From positions 1 through 46,385 of the forward strand of contig JAEWZS010000082.1 in NCBI GenBank assembly GCA_023458355.1: a DNA stretch of 46,385 nt, written 5' to 3'. The notes under the pieces are model-generated. The model did not search any database and was not told where the DNA came from. It saw only the letters and a program-made list of their open reading frames with translations. The DNA is from Bacillota bacterium. Its GTDB lineage: Bacteria; Bacillota; Clostridia; Christensenellales; CAG-138. Every line of letters starts with the position of its first letter. Within the stretch, counting starts at the first letter, position 1. Positions 45,340 through 46,385 of this stretch are shown in pieces. The translations under genes and the position numbers were made by a program.

Positions 45340-45515
45340 TGGTTTCCGCCTTGCGAGGGGCTTTACCGGCCTGTGCTTATCTGTCATTTCGAACGGCCTT
45401 CGGGCGGGAGACGCCCTACGCGTCCGGCGAAGCCGGAGCCCTTCGGGCCAAGGCCGTTGGCCTTGCGTTGTCACTAGCCTGCGGGCGTCGGAGCGAAGCG
45501 GAGTGAGAAATCCCC
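45340..45515. repeat. GC-rich, hairpin-dense non-coding island (possible copy of a dispersed REP-like element)
   Basis: It is a chain of short GC hairpins, several with TTCG or GAAG loops: GCC-TTCG-GGC, GACGC-CCTAC-GCGTC, CCGG-CGAAG-CCGG, GCCC-TTCG-GGC and GGCCAA-GGCCG-TTGGCC. Internal word repeats include GCCTTGCG x2 and CCTTCGGGC x2. ORFs through it have no plausible protein character. Confidence 0.3.
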
Positions 45516-45632
45516 AATATCGAGCTATACAAATATCGTGACTCAACCGCACTCACGTCCCTCTCTGTGCACGCATATGTGGAGTCCGTTTTCTAAGTAT
45601 TTACTTAAACCAAAGATTCTTAAGTGATCTTC

Positions 45633-45661
45633 TTTCCATCTATATTCACCCGTGCTATAAT
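45633..45661 (+). promoter_or_regulatory. Promoter candidate for the MFS gene (extended -10)
   Basis: TTTCCA, a 17-nt spacer, then TGCTATAAT (TGn plus a perfect TATAAT at 45656-45661). The GGGGAG RBS is at 45681-45686. Confidence 0.45.
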
Positions 45662-45691
45662 CTTGAAAGTATGTTGAATTGGGGAGTCTCT

Positions 45692-46385
45692 ATGCAGCCG
45701 AAGCTTTGGAACCGCAATTTTACGCTCGCCTTCATCGGCATGATTATCTCCGCCGCGGGAAGCGTTGGGCTTGGTGTCGCTTTCAGCGTCGTGGGTTTTT
45801 CGGAGACGCAATCCACAACTTTAAGCGCAGTTTTAGCGGCAGTCTTCATGGTGCCGCAGTTTGTGCTGCCGCTTGTGATAGGCCCCGTGATTGACAGGAG
45901 CAATCCCCTCAAAGTACTCGTGAAAAACGAAGTCATACTCGCGCTGATCTTTTTTTTGGCCGCGGTACTCATTTACCTTTGGGGGTTCAATTACATTCTC
46001 TACATGGTGTTTTGCGTGCTCATCAGCTCCTTTGGCGTGGTTTCGCAGCTCGCATCATCGAGCGTGATCCCCCAGATTATGGCGCGCGAAAACTATGTGC
46101 GCGGCAACGCAATTATAAACGTAATCTACCCGCTATGCAGCGTCGCCATAACACCTATCGCCATGAAGCTATTCGACGCTTACGGCATGCCGCTTATACT
46201 TGCTGCCTACGGCGTGACTAGCCTTATCGACGCAGCGCTTGAAAGCCGCATCAACGCAAAATTCGAATACATCGAGGCGGAAAAAACGAGCCTTAAAGAA
46301 TACGGCGAGGATCTTCGCGACGGCTTTCGCTATTTCATGAAGGACCCTGCCATACGATCGGTATTTCTGCTGTTTACCCTTGTGA
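45692..46385 (+). CDS. MFS transporter, 3' end cut by the window edge
   Basis: This gene is not in the ORF track because it has no stop in the window. I translated it by eye from the ATG at 45692: MQPKLWNRNFTLAFIGMIISAAGSVGLGVAFSVVGF ... VPQFVLPLVIGPVIDRSNP ... It has several hydrophobic helices, no stop through 46384, and the N-terminal pattern of MFS_3/EntS-like exporters. Confidence 0.75.
   Translation, partial: MQPKLWNRNFTLAFIGMIISAAGSVGLGVAFSVVGFSETQSTTLSAVLAAVFMVPQFVLPLVIGPVIDRSNPLKVLVKNEVILALIFFLAAVLIYLWGFNYILYMVFCVLISSFGVVSQLASSSVIPQIMARENYVRGNAIINVIYPLCSVAITPIAMKLFDAYGMPLILAAYGVTSLIDAALESRINAKFEYIEAEKTSLKEYGEDLRDGFRYFMKDPAIRSVFLLFTLV

Noticed and set aside
45306-45691. T-box or other known riboswitch leader for the minus-strand aro-containing operon
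   Set aside because: No T-box core (GGUGGUACCGCG-like) or AGAGA/GNUGGNA elements are present on either strand. The ORFs 45328-45552 (-), 45241-45477 (+) and 45279-45506 (+) through this island are Arg/Pro/Gly-rich artefacts.
1-46385. Defence systems, toxin-antitoxin pairs, prophage or integrative elements, and CRISPR arrays
   Set aside because: I read through all ORFs of 60 aa or more and the intergenic regions. I saw no nuclease/helicase/methylase defence-type genes, no integrase, recombinase or transposase, no phage structural genes, no regularly spaced repeat array, and no tRNA/rRNA that could serve as an attachment site.

Overview
This 46.4-kb window is ordinary-looking chromosomal DNA from what is probably a Gram-positive anaerobe. 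The Clostridia-like assignment is inferred from gene content (IorAB, an ADP-forming acyl-CoA synthetase, lipoprotein solute-binding proteins, an LPXTG-like anchor, SD-type RBSs). I recognised no rRNA, tRNA, CRISPR array, transposase, integrase or phage gene.

There are four blocks:
1. 1-9620 (+): a tightly packed block. It runs ADP-forming acyl-CoA synthetase, iorA, iorB, hydantoin/allantoin-family racemase, IclR regulator, aspartate-carbamoyltransferase-like gene, long cyclic amidohydrolase (dihydroorotase/allantoinase/hydantoinase family), aspartate-aminotransferase-like gene, terminator.
2. 9685-27089: a membrane-anchored serine hydrolase, then a beta-glycoside utilisation locus. On the minus strand this holds a LacI regulator, an Opp/Dpp-type ABC transporter (SBP, 2 permeases, 2 ATPases), GH3, GH94 phosphorylase and GH1. 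A GH2 beta-mannosidase is transcribed divergently, and the shared control region carries a thrice-repeated operator-like motif.
3. 27201-39261 (mostly minus): a cell-envelope block. It contains an AgrA/AgrC-like LytTR two-component system, a lipoprotein metallophosphoesterase, a possible small Cys-rich ORF, a 1199-aa sortase-anchored GLUG-motif surface protein, two glycosyltransferases, a VanY-like M15 peptidase and a SanA/DUF218 protein.
4. 39589-45305 (-): a GT-C-like membrane protein, a cyclophilin, then aroB, aroA, aroC and a chorismate mutase/shikimate kinase fusion. A 3'-truncated MFS transporter follows at 45692-end (+).

The best candidate for something undescribed is block 1. Its genes can be read as one linear route: hydantoin or dihydroorotate ring, then N-carbamoyl amino acid, then carbamoyl-P plus amino acid, then 2-oxo acid, then acyl-CoA, then ATP. 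That reading is a hypothesis built from family assignments and gene packing.

The second candidate is a perfect 13-bp direct repeat phased at exactly 21 bp, which is LytTR-operator geometry. It lies between the orphan Agr-like two-component system and the phosphoesterase/adhesin genes.

All start-site refinements, hairpins and motifs were read by eye from the sequence. No database search was run.
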